A DNA stretch of 64,000 nt from Squalus acanthias (lineage: Eukaryota), in NCBI GenBank assembly GCA_030390025.1, contig JASTWF010000036.1:496001-560000 (forward strand), written 5' to 3'. The position numbers and the translations under genes are program-made. The notes beneath the pieces are model-generated. The model saw only the letters and a program-made list of their open reading frames with translations. It did no database searches and was not told where the DNA came from. This document shows positions 35,501 to 46,892 of this stretch, piece after piece (the stretch's first letter is position 1; the number at the start of each line of letters is the position of its first letter).

Positions 35501-38089
35501 TCTCTGTAACCTCCTCCAGCCCCCTACAACCCTCCCTATCTCTGTAACCTCCTCCAGCCCCCTACAACCCTCCCTATCTCTGTAACCTCCTCCAGCCCCT
35601 ACAACCCTCCCTATCTCTGTAACCTCCTCCAGCCCCCTCAACCCTCCCTATCTCTGTAACCTCCTCCAGCCCCCTACAACCCTCCCTATCTCTGTAACCT
35701 CCTCCAGCCCCCTACAACCCTCCCTATCTCTGTAACCTCCTCCAGCCCCCTACAACCCTCCCTATCTCTGTAACCTCCTCCAGCCCCCTACAACCCTCCC
35801 TATCTCTGTAACCTCCTCCAGCCCCCTACAACCCTCCCTATCTCTGCAGCCTCCTCCAGCCCCCTGCAACCCTCCCCATCTCTGTAACCTCCTCCAGCCC
35901 CCTACAACCCTCCCTATCTCTGTAACCTCCTCCAGCCCCTACAACCCTCCCGTCTCTGTAACCTCCTCCAGCCCCCTACAACCCTCCCTATCTCTGTAAC
36001 CTCCTCCAGCCCCTACAACCCTCCCTATCTCTGTAACCCCCTACAACCCTCCCTATCTCTGTAACCTCCTCCAACCCCCTACAACCCTCCCTATCTCTGT
36101 AACCTCCTCCAGCTCCCTACAACCCTCCCTATCTCTGTAACCTCCTCCAGCCCCTACAACCCTCCCTATCTCTGTAACCTCCTCCAGCCCCCTACAACCC
36201 TCCCTATCTCTGTAACCTCCTCCAGCCCCCTACAACCCTCCCTATCTCTGTAACCTCCTCCAGCCCCAACAACCCTCCCTATCTCTGTAACCTCCTCCAG
36301 CCCCTACAACCCTCCCTATCTCTGTAACTCCTCCAGCCCCTACAACCCTCCCTATCTCTGTAACCTCCTCCAGCCCCCTACAACCCTCCCTATCTCTGTA
36401 ATCCTCCTCCAGCCCCCTACAACCTCCCCTATCTCTGTAACCTCCTCCAGCCCCCTACAACCCTCCCTATCTCTGTAACCTCCTCCAGCCCCTACAACCC
36501 TCCCTATCTCTGTAACCCCCTACAACCCTCCCTATCTCTGTAACCTCCTCCAACCCCCTACAACCCTCCCTATCTCTGTAACCTCCTCCAGCTCCCTACA
36601 ACCCTCCCTATCTCTGTAACCTCCTCCAGCCCCTACAACCCTCCCTATCTCTGTAACCTCCTCCAGCCCCCTACAACCCTCCCTATCTCTGTAACCTCCT
36701 CCAGCCCCCTACAACCCTCCCTATCTCTGTAACCTCCTCCAGCCCCTACAACCCTCCCTATCTCTGTAAACTCCTCCAGCCCCTACAACCCTCCCTATCT
36801 CTGTAAACTCCTCCAGCCCCTACAACCCTCCCTATCTCTGTAACCTCCTCCAGCCCCCTACAACCCTCCCTATCTCTGTAATCTCCTCCAGCCCCCTACA
36901 ACCTCCCCTATCTCTGTAACCTCCTCCAGCCCCCTACAACCCTCCCTATCTCTGTAACCTCCTCCAGCCCCTACAACCCTCCCTATCTCTGTAACCTCCT
37001 CCAGCCCCCTACAACTCTCCCTATCTCTGTAACCTCCTCCAGCCCCCTACAACCCTCCCTATCTCTGTAACCTCCTCCAGCCCCTACACCCCTCCCTATC
37101 TGTGTAACGTCCTCCAGCCCCTACAACCCTCCCTATCTCTGTAACCTCCTCCAGCCCCCTACAACCCTCCCTATCTCTGTAACCTCTTCCAGCCCCCTAC
37201 AACCCTCCCTATCTCTGTAACCTCCTCCAGCCCCCTACAACCCTCCCTATCTCTGTAACCTCCTCCAGCCCCCTACAACCCTCCCCGTCTCTGTAACCTC
37301 CTCCAGCCCCCTACAACCTTTCCTATCTCTGTAGCCTCCTCCAGCCCCCTACAACCCTCCCTATCTCTGTAACCTCCTCCAGCCCCCTACAACCCTCCCT
37401 ATCTCTGTAACCTCCTCCAGCCCCCTACAACCCTCCCCGTCTCTGTAACCTCCTCCAGCCCCCTACAACCCCCCCTATCTCTGTAACCTCCTCCAACCGC
37501 CTACAACCCTCCCTATCTCTGTAACCTCCTCCAACCCCCTACAACCCTCCCTATCTCTGTAACCTCCTCCAGCCCCTACAACCCTCCCTAGCTCTGTAAC
37601 CCCCTACAACCCTCCCTATCTCTGCAACCTCCTCCAACCCCCTACAACCCTCCCTATCTCTGTAACCTCCTCCAGCCCCCTACAACCCTCCCTATCTCTG
37701 TAACCTCCTCCAGCCCCTACAACCCTCCCTATCTCTGTAACCTCCTCCAGCCCCCTACAACCCTCCCTATCTCTGTAACCTCCTCCAGCCCCTACACCCC
37801 TCCCTATCTGTGTAACGTCCTCCAGCCCCTACAACACTCCCTATCTCTGTAACCTCCTCCAGCCCCCTACAACCCTCCGTATCTCTGTAACCTCCTCCAG
37901 CCCCCTACAACCCTCCCTTTCTCTGTAACCTCTTCCAGCCCCCTACAACCCTCCCTATCTCTGTAACCTCCTCCAGCCCCCTACAACTCTCCCTATCTCT
38001 GTGACCTCCTCCAGCTCCCTACAACCCTCCCTATCTCTGTAACCTCCTCCAGCCCCCTACAACCCTCCCTATCTCTGTAACCTCCTCCA
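29547..38089 (+). repeat. At least 8.5 kb of 37/38-bp minisatellite (~225 copies) derived from L2 ORF2
   Basis: Unit tatctctgtaacctcctccagcccc(c)tacaaccctccc; it runs out into L2 sequence at 38090-38137. Confidence 0.97.
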
Positions 38090-38133
38090 ATTCTGATCTC
38101 TTGTGCATCCCCCCGATTTCCATCGCTCCACCA

Positions 38134-38480
38134 TCGGAGGTGCCGTCTTTCGGATGAGACGTTAAACCGAGGCCCCATCTGCTCTCTCAGGTGGACGTAA
38201 AAGTTCCTACGGCCACTATTTCTAAGAAGAGGAGTGGGGGGGGAGTTCTCCCCGGTGTCCTGGGGCTAATATTTATCCCTCAATCAACATCACTAAAAAA
38301 AAACAGATGATCTGGTCATTTATCACATTGCTGTTTGTGGGAGCTTGCTGTGCGCAAATTGGCTGCTGCGTTTCCTACATTACAACAGTGACCACACTTC
38401 AAAAAAAGTACTTCATTGGCTGTAAAACGCTTTGGGACGTCCTGAGGTGGTGAAAGGAGCCGGAGAAATGCATCTATTTT
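38134..38480 (+). mobile_element. DeuSINE body and tail (headless), fused to L2 sequence
   Basis: tcggaggtgccgtctttcggatgagacgttaaaccgaggcccc…ctttgggacgtcctgaggtggtgaaagg. Confidence 0.9.
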
Positions 38481-38600
38481 TTTTGTTTCTGTATCTACAT
38501 CTATAATCTATAAAACACAAAATGTGCATAAGTCCCTTTGACGCTTTATAGATGATTGACTTGAATACAGAGTCTAGAGCAAACTTCACAGCGGCCCAGT

Positions 38601-39351
38601 TTGTGTGTGTGTCTGTGTGTGTGTGTGTCTGCATGTGTGTGTGCGCGTATGTGTGTTTCTGTGTTTGTTTCTGTGTGTGTTTCTGTCTGTGCGTGTTTCC
38701 GTGTGTGTGTGTGTGTGTGTGTGTGTCAGTGTGTGTCAGTGTGTGTGTGTGTGTCTGTGTGTGTGTGTGTGTGTGTTTCTGTGTGTGTGTGTGTGTGTGT
38801 TTCTGTTTGTGTGTGTGTGTTTGTGTGTTTCTGTGTGTGTGTGTGTGTGTGTGTTTCTGTGTGTGTGTGTGTGTGTTTCTGTGTGTGTGTGTGTTTCTGT
38901 GTGCGTTTGTGTCTGTGTGTTTCTGTGTGTGTGTTTCTGTGTGTGTCTGTGTGTGTGTGTGTTTCTGTGTGTGTGTGTGTTTCTGTGTGCGTTTGTGTCT
39001 GTGTGTTTCTGTGTGTGTGTTTCTGTGTGTGTCTGTGTGTGTGTGTGTTTCTGTGTGTCTGTGTGTTTCTGTGTGTCTGTGTGTTTCTGTGTGTGTGTTT
39101 CTGTGTGCGTTTGTGTCTGTGTTTCTGTGTGTGTCTGTGTGTGTGTGTGTGTGTGTTTCTGTGTGTGTGTGTGTGTGTGTTTCTGTATGTGTGTGTTTCT
39201 GTGTTTGTTTCTGTGTGTCTGTGTGTGTGTTTCTGTGTGTGTGTTTCTGTGTGTGTGTTTCTGTGTGTGTGTGTTTCTGTGTGTGTGTTTCTGTGTGTGT
39301 GTTTCTGTGTGTGTGTTTCTGTGTGTGTGTGTTTCTGTGTGTGTGTGTGTG

Positions 39352-39382
<31 letters not shown>

Positions 39383-39810
39383 TTCTGTGTGTGTGTGTGT
39401 GTTTCTGTGTGTGTGTGTGTGTTTCTGTGTGTGTGTGTGTTTCTGTGTGTGTTTCTGTGTGTGTGTGTGTGTGTTTCTGTGTGTGTGTGTGTGTTTCTGT
39501 GTGTGTGTGTGTTTCTGTGTGTGTTTCTGTGTGTGTGTGTGTGTGTTTCTGTGTGTGTGTGTGTGTGTTTCTCTGTGTGTGTGTGTGTGTGTGTGTGTTT
39601 CTGTGTGTGTGTGTGTTTCTGTGTGTGTGTGTGTTTCTGTGTGTGTGTGTGTTTCTGTGTGTGAGTGTGTGTGTGAGTGTGTGTGTGAGTGTGTGTGTCT
39701 GTGTGTGTGTGTGTTTCTGTGTGTGAGTGTGTGTGTGAGTGTGTGTGTGAGTGTGTGTGTCTGTGTGTGTGTGTGTTTCTGTGTGTGTGTGTGTTTCTGT
39801 GTGTGTGCGT
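38601..39810. repeat. ~1.2-kb interrupted (GT)n microsatellite with periodic TTTC interruptions
   Basis: Direct inspection. Confidence 0.97.
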
Positions 39811-40347
39811 GTATGCTGCCCCCCGCCACCCCTGCCGTACGACAGGAAGCCGAGCTGGGGGAGGAAGGAAGGCAGGCGGATGAGGTAGAGGGCAACGTCT
39901 CCATTTGCCGTGTGTTGGAAAGTGGAGAGGCCAAGGGGGCAGGCGGGCGGGTGACTGTCTATGTGTAAGCAGTTCCCTCTGAGGCACAGGTGTGACGCAG
40001 CAGTCTGGAGGTGTGGAATTCACGAGTGGAAAGATGCATGTTCGACAAGCCCAGATGCATCATGAGGTCAGCAGTTATTCACAGGCGAGATAAAGAGAGA
40101 GGTTTCCTCCACTTATGCTGTAAATACTCACCTACACAGGGACCGGGACAGTGCCTGTGGGTGGATCGGGACAGGAAGAGCAATGTTGCAGAACAGTAAA
40201 TTATTAATACCACTCATTACGGTAAATCAATCGACCACAAGACAGTCATTCACTTTTCACCTCAATCAGAATTTCACGCCTCGCTCGACACAGACTGCTT
40301 CAAGAGAATGTCAGGCAGGTCAGGAACTCAATGAGTTTCTCACCTAC

Positions 40348-41350
40348 CTTGGCGAGACCACACTTGGAGCACTGCGCACAGTTCTGGTCTCCCTATCGCA
40401 CACTTGGAGCACTTCGCACAGTTCTGGTCTCCCTATCACACACTTGGAGCACTGCGCACAGTTCTGGTCTCCCTATCGCACACTTGGAGCACTTCGCACA
40501 GTTCTGGTCTCCCTATCGCACACTTGGAGCACTTCGCACAGTTCTGGTCTCCCTATCGCACACTTGGAGCACTGTGCACAGTTCTGGTCTCCACATCACA
40601 CACTTGGAGCACTGCGCACAGTTCTGGTCTCCACATCACACACTTGGAGCACTGCGCACAGTTCTGGTCTCCCTATCACACACTTGGAGCACTGTGCACA
40701 TTTCTGGTCTCCCTATCACACACTTGGAGCACTGCGCACAGTTCTGGTCTCCATATCACACACTTGGAGCACTGCGCACAGTTCTGGTCTCCATATAACT
40801 TGGTTGGACCACCCTTGGAGCACTGCGCACAGTTCTGGCCTCCTTATCGCACACTTGGAGCACTGCGCACAGTTCTGGCCTCCTTATCGCACACTTGGAG
40901 CACTGCGCACAGTTCTGGCCTCCTTATCGCACACTTGGAGCACTGTGCACAGTTCTGGTCTCCCTATCGCACACTTGGAGCACTGCGCACAGTTCTGGTC
41001 TCCATATCACACACTTGGAGCACTGCGCACAGTTCTGGTCTCCCTATCACACACTTGGAGCACTGCGCACAGACCTGGTCTCCATATAACTTGGTTGGAC
41101 CACCCTTGGAGCACTGTGCACAGTTCTGATCTCCATATTACAGAAAGGATATAGAGGCACTGGAGAAGGTGCAAAAGAAGATTGACAAGAATGATACCAG
41201 AACTGAGGGGTTTATAACGATCAGGAGAGACTGAACAGGCTGGGGCTCCTTTCTCTAGAAAAGAGAAGACTGAGGGGTGACCTGATAGAGGTCTTTAAAA
41301 TTATGAAGTGTTTCAACAGGGTAGACGTAGAGAAGATGTTTCCACTTGTG
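40348..41350 (+). mobile_element. CR1 fragment with an internal 40-bp expansion
   Basis: After the array, ccatattacagaaaggatatagaggcactggagaaggtgcaa…gtagacgtagagaagatgtttccacttgtg matches 1867-2090. Confidence 0.88.
40359..41135 (+). repeat. 40-bp minisatellite (19 units, two of them 51 bp) derived from CR1 ORF2
   Basis: The cacttggagc motif recurs every 40 bp over 40361-40761 and 40812-41052, with 51-bp steps to 40812 and 41103. Confidence 0.95.
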
Positions 41351-41665
41351 GAAGAGGGGGCGGGGGAGTCCTTCTAACATTTTAAACACTTTGATCAGAT
41401 CAGCTCACCCCCTCAGCCCTCTGCACTCGAAGGGAGAGTTGATTTCCTTCAACGTACCCCAGCCTCACTTCCTGACCATTCTACAGGGGCGGCACCTGTT
41501 GTGACCCCCAGCGACGTGGGACGTTCCCCGTCAAGAGAGTGGTTCCGAAAACAGGACTCCAGCTCCTCCCCCCGCCCCCCCCCCTCTTCTGAGTAAATGC
41601 GGTGATAGGTACTAAACACAGTGTAAAAGTGTTCAGAGGAACAGGAAATCCTGACTACAAAAAAA

Positions 41666-43150
41666 GAGACTCGCATTTCCCCGGCCCCTTTCACCACCTC
41701 AGGACGTCCCAAAGCGCTTCACAGCCAATGATGCCGGAAGTGTAGTCGCTGTTGTAATGTAGGAAACGCGGCAGTCAGCTTGCGCACAGCAAGCTCCCAC
41801 AAACAGCAGTGTGATAATGACTGGATATCCTGGTTTTTTTTCACTGATGTTGGTTGAGGGATAAATATTGGCCCCAGGACACCGGGGAGAACTCTTCCCC
41901 CCTGCTCTTCTTCGAAATAGTGGCCCGTGGGATCTTTTACGTCCACCCGAGAGGGCAGACGGGGCCTCGGTTTAACGCCTCGTCCGAAAGACGGCACCTC
42001 TGACAGTGCGGCACTCCCTCAGTGTTGCCCCTCCGACAGTGCGGCGCTCCCTCAGTACTGCCCCTTCCGACAGTGCGGCGCTCCCTCAGTACTGCCCCTC
42101 CGATACTGCGGCGTTCCCTCAGTACGGCCCCTCCGACAGTGCGGCATTTCCTCAGTACCGCCCCTCCGACAGTGCAGCGCTCCCTCAGTACTGCCCCCTC
42201 CAACAATGCGGCGCTGCCTCAGTACCGCCCCTCCGACACTGCGGCGCTCCCTCAGTACTGCCTCTCCGACAGTGCGGCGCTCCCTCAGTACTGCCCCTCC
42301 TACAGTGCGGCGCTCCCTCAGTACCGCCCCTCCGACAGTGCGGCGTTCCCTCAGTACTGCCCCTCCTACAGTGCGGCGCTCCCTCAGTACCGCCTCTCCG
42401 ACAGTGCGGCACTCCCTCAGTACAGCCCCTCCGACAGTGTGGCGCTCCCTCAGTACCGCCCCTCCGAAAGTGCGGCGCTCCCTCAGTACTGCCTCTCCGA
42501 CAGTGCGGCACTCCCTCAGTACCGGCCCCCCGACAGTGCGGCGCTCCCTCAGTACCGGCCCCCCGACAGTGCGGCGCTCCCTCAGTACTGCCCCTCTGAC
42601 AGTGCGGCGCTCCCTCAGTACCGCCCCTCCGAAAGTGCGGCGCTCCCTCAGTACTGCCCCTCCGGCAGTGCGGTGCTCCCTCAGTACTGCCCCTCTGACA
42701 GTGCGGTGCTCCCTCAGCACTGCCCCTCCGACAGTGCGGCGCTCCCTCAGTACTGCCCCTCCGGCAGTGCGGTGCTCCCTCAGTACCGCCCCTCCGACAG
42801 TGCGGCGCTCCCTCAGTACCGCCCCTCCGAAAGTGCGGCGCTCCCTCAGTACTGCCCCTCCGGCAGTGCGGTGCTCCCTCAGTACTGCCCCTCTGACAGT
42901 GCGGTGCTCCCTCAGCACTGCCCCTCCGACAGTGCGGCGCTTCCTCAGTACTGCCCCTCCGACAGTGCGGCGCTCCCTCAGCACTGCCCCTCCGACAGTG
43001 CGGCGCTCCCTCAGTACTGCCCCTCCGACAGTGCGGCGCTCCCTCAGTACCGCCCCTCCGACAGTGCGGCGCTCCCTCAGTACTGCCCCTCCGACAGTGC
43101 GGCGCTCCCTCAGTACCGCCCCTCCGACAGTGCGGCGCTCCCTCGGTACC
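41666..43150 (-). mobile_element. Headless DeuSINE with ~35 copies of the 33-bp unit
   Basis: Reverse-complement tail and body at 41666-42000, array ~42000-43150. Confidence 0.9.
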
Positions 43151-43479
43151 GGCAGTGTTGGCCAGCTCATTCAAGGCCAATCCTGCCCCTTCCCAGGGAG
43201 TGTCCGACGGAAGAGAAACTGCCAAACTGCAAACAGCGGCAGTAAAAAAGGGGAAGGCTGCGACTCGAAAGCAGAAGGCAAATGTGAAAATACAACAATA
43301 TAAAATATTAATAAAGGCAATATCCCTCCCCTCCCCCTCACCCACCCCGCCCACCACTCCAGCCTGAAATTCAGCTGAGCTTTAACAGGAACATTAGACC
43401 ACATAAAGAGAAGGACTGAGAATAGCAAGTCACCCTGGCAGTGGCTAAGTTGCTGTGTAGATTCACTGGGACATTCCAT

Positions 43480-44052
43480 AAAAATTGGGAGCAGGAGTCG
43501 GCCAGTCAGCCCCTCGAGCCTGCTCCGCCATTCAATAAGATCGTGGCTGGTCTTCGACCTCAACTCCTCAACGACTGAGCATCCACAGCCCTCTGGAGTA
43601 GAGAATTCCAAAGATTCACAACCCTCTGAGTGAAGAAATTCCTCCTCATCTCAGTCCTAAATGGCTGACCCCTTATCCTGAGACTGTGACCCCTGGTTCT
43701 AGACTCTCCAGCCAGGGGGAAACAGCCTCTCTGCATCTATCCTGTCAATCCCCTTCAGAATTTTATACCTTTCAATGAGATCACCTCTCATTCTTCTAAA
43801 CCCCAGACAATATAGGCCTATTGTACTCAATCTCTCCTCATAGGACAGCCCTCTCATCCCAGGAATCAATCTAGTGAACCTTCGTTGCACTCCCTGTAAG
43901 CCAAGTATATCCTTCCTCGGGTAAGGAGACCAGAACTGTGCACAATACTCCAGGTGTGGTCTCACCAAGGCCCTGTACAATTGTAGCAAGACTTCCTTAC
44001 TCTTATACTCCAACCCCCTTGCAATAAAGGCTAACATACTATTTGCCTTCCT
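43480..44052 (-). mobile_element. CR1 LINE 3' fragment
   Basis: ORF 43699-44037 reads [39 protein letters not shown]. Confidence 0.9.
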
Positions 44053-46490
44053 ATCAGCAAGACAGAAATAGAATCCATAGGGATAGAGATAAAAGATAAT
44101 AAATGATCAATCACACTAATCGGCGTAGTCTACAGGCCGCCTAATAGTGGAAGTGAGGTGGAGGAAGAAATTAGGGAAATGAGTAAAAAACATAGACTAA
44201 TAATCATGGGGGATTTCAACTACCCTGATATTAATTGGACAGAAGAGGGAGGTAAAGGGGATAAGGGAATGGAGTTTCTACAATGTGTACAGGACTCCTT
44301 TCTAACCCAATATGTAAAAAGCCCAACAAGGGAGGATTCACTCTTGGATCTAGTAATGAGGAATGAACCAAAGCAGATAAGAGAAGTAAAAGTAGGGGAA
44401 CCTCTAGGCAATAGTGACCATAATATAATACGCTTTAAGATAATAATTGAGAAGGACATAGGTATGACAAAGACCAGGGTAATAGATTGAAGAAAAGCTG
44501 ATTTTGAGGGGCTGAGAATAGAACTTGGGAAAATAAAATGGACAACAATATTGGCAAACAACGATGTAGAACAGCGATGGGAAACATTTAAAATGGTGTT
44601 CAACAGAGTCCAGGATAAATATATTCTGCTAATAAACAAGAACAAGCTAAACAATAATGAGACTCCATGGAGGAATAAAGCCACAAGGGAACAATTGAGG
44701 GTGAGGAAAGAGGCATACATTAAGTACATGGACAGCAGGGGAGAGCATGATAAGGGAGAACATGAAGAGATTAGGAGAGAAGTCAAAAAAAATTAGGAAG
44801 GCAAAGAGGAACTATGAAATTAAATTATCAAGGAATATAAAACAAAATAGTAAAATATTTTACAGGCATATATATAAAAAAACGGAAGGTCAGGATGGGA
44901 ATAGGGCCATTAAGGGATGGAGAGGATAATATCACAGGTAACGATAGAGAGATGGCAGAAATATTAAATAATTACTTTGCTTCGGTATTTACCAGGGAGA
45001 CAGAACAGGTGGAGATGATATCGGATGATGAGATTAGTAATGAGTTAACTGCATTTAAAATAAAACGAGGAGATATATTAAATAAACTAATGAAACTCAA
45101 AGAGGATAAAACCCCTGGTCCGGACGAATTACATCCGCGCATTTTAAAAGAATCTAGGGAAGAAATAGCAGAGGCATTATTACACTTCTTTAGTAATTCG
45201 TTAGAAAAAGGTGTAGTGCCAGAGGACTGGCGGATAGCTAACGTAATACCTATATTTTAGAAGGGAGATAGAACATGTCCAGGGAACTATAGACCAGTCA
45301 GCTTAACATCAGTGGTAGGAAAAATAATGGAATCCCTACTAAAGGAGAAAATAGAAGAACATCTAGAAACAAAAAATATAATAATAAATAGCCAGCATGG
45401 ATTTCAAAAGGGAAAGTCTTGCTTGACCAACCTAATTGAATTTTTTGAAGAGGTAACAGAGAGAGTAGACAAGGGTAATGTAGTAGATGTAATTTATCTA
45501 GATTTTCAAAAGGCCTTCGATAAGGTAACCCATAATAGACTGATGAACAAGGTCAGAGAATGCGGAGTCAGGGGACAAGTAGCAGAATGGATTGCTGGCT
45601 GGCTTCAAGACAGAAAGCAGGGAGTAGGGGTAAAGGGTAGCTATTCACAGTGGCAGAAGGTGGGTAGTGGTGTTCCACAAGGATCAGTGCTGGGACCACT
45701 GTTGTTCACAATTTACATTAACGATTTAGACCTTGGAATCAAAAAACACAATTTCTAAATTTGCGGATGACACCAAATTGGGGGGGGAGATGGTCAATAC
45801 TGAGGAGGACTGCAACAAGTTACAGGAGGACATTAATAAACTTGCAGAATGGGCATATAATTGGCAAATGAAATTCAACACAGATAAATGTGAGGTATTA
45901 CATTTTGGTAAGAAAAATAGGGAGGTCACTTATTACTTGGAAAATAAGAATCTAAAATGAGGTAGAGGAACAAGGGGATCTAGGAGTACAAACACACAAA
46001 TCACTGAAAGTAGCGACACAGGTTAACAAGGCCATAAAAAAAGCAAACCAAGCACTAGGGTTTATTTCTAGAGGGATAGAATTGAAAAGTAGGGAAGTTA
46101 TGCTAAACCTGTATCGAACCTTGGTTAGACCACACTTGGAGCACTGCGTACAGTTCTGGTCGCCATATTATAAAAAGGATATAGAGGCACTGGAGAGGGT
46201 GCAGAGAAGATTTACAAGGATGATACCAGAAATGCGAGGGTATACATATCAGGAAAGGATGAACAGGCTGGGGCTCTTTTTTCTCTTGAAAAGAGAAGGC
46301 TGAGGGGTGACCTAATAGAGGTCTTTAATTCATGAAAGGTTTTGATAGAGTGGATACAGAGAGAGTGTTTCCACTTGTGGGGAAGAGCATAACTAGAGGC
46401 CATCAATATAAGATAGTCACCAAGAAATCCAATAGGGAATTCAGAAGAAACTTCTTTACCCAGAGAGTGGTGAGAATGTGGAACTCTCTC
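44053..46490 (+). mobile_element. Long CR1 ORF2 remnant (AP endonuclease and RT), frameshifted
   Basis: GVVYRPPN, IIMGDFNYPDI, LGNSDHN, KTPGPD, QHGF, YLDFQKAFDKV, GVPQGSVLGPLLF and KFADDTK across several broken ORFs. Confidence 0.95.
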
Positions 46491-46493
46491 TCA

Positions 46494-46703
46494 ATGCGCT
46501 GCCTGAAAGGGCGGTGGGAGCAGATTCAATGGTAACTTTCAAAAGGGGAATTGGATAAATACTTGAAGGGGAAAAATTCACAGGGCTACGGGGAAAGAGC
46601 AGGGGGGAGAGTGGGACTAATTGGAGAGCTCGTTCAAAGAGCCGGCACAGGCACGATGGGCCGAATGGCCTCCTCCTGCGCTGTGTCATTCTACGATTCT
46701 GTC
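46494..46703 (+). mobile_element. CR1 3' end of a different subfamily, joined to the preceding element
   Basis: aatgcgctgcctgaaagggcggtgggagcagattc…gatgggccgaatggcctcc…attctacgattct. Confidence 0.85.
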
Positions 46704-46892
46704 TAAGGGGGTGAAAGTTATGGGAAGTTTGTTGTCCGTAGAGAAGGTTCCTTCTTTATCATTACGTACATTCCGATCACTCGCGGAGATCTGAATCATT
46801 TCAATAAGGGAAGCTCAAGGGAGTCGATTGAGACATCCAGGACACCCCCCACCTCCTACTTTATATCAACAAGGGAGTCTGTCTTACTGCAG

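Noticed and set aside
29547..38089. CRISPR-like regular 37/38-bp repeats, and likewise the 33-, 40- and 51-bp arrays
   Set aside because: The units are head-to-tail with no unique spacers, there are no cas genes, the context is vertebrate, and each unit traces to a retroelement.
29547..38089. CCTCCCT (human PRDM9 hotspot core) in every satellite unit
   Set aside because: PRDM9 specificity is lineage- and allele-specific and the extended 13-mer does not match; the heptamer is expected in C-rich sequence.
38413..40023. Long His/Thr- or Cys/Val-rich ORFs, and Arg/Glu- or Ser/Leu-rich ORFs at 46.8-47.5, 53.4-54.0 and 57.9-59.4 kb
   Set aside because: These are translations of dinucleotide and tetranucleotide microsatellites.
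41449..41600. Possible exon in a unique island (minus EEGGGRGEELESCFRNHSLDGERPT…; a plus-strand acceptor is also present)
   Set aside because: The splice signals are mediocre and about equally plausible on both strands, and the peptide is not recognisable.
41927..43357. Long ORFs (up to 458 aa) of 11-aa repeats such as STEGAPHCRRG / TVRRSLSTAPP, also at 3.7-4.3, 5.0-6.0, 10.5-11.0, 25.2-25.6 and 54.2-55.3 kb
   Set aside because: The 33-bp SINE unit is a multiple of 3 and lacks stops in five of six frames, so overlapping ORFs on both strands are expected artefacts.
44053..46490. Endonuclease/RT ORFs as a functional or domesticated gene
   Set aside because: Multiple frameshifts and stops, 5' truncation and an ordinary CR1 sequence.
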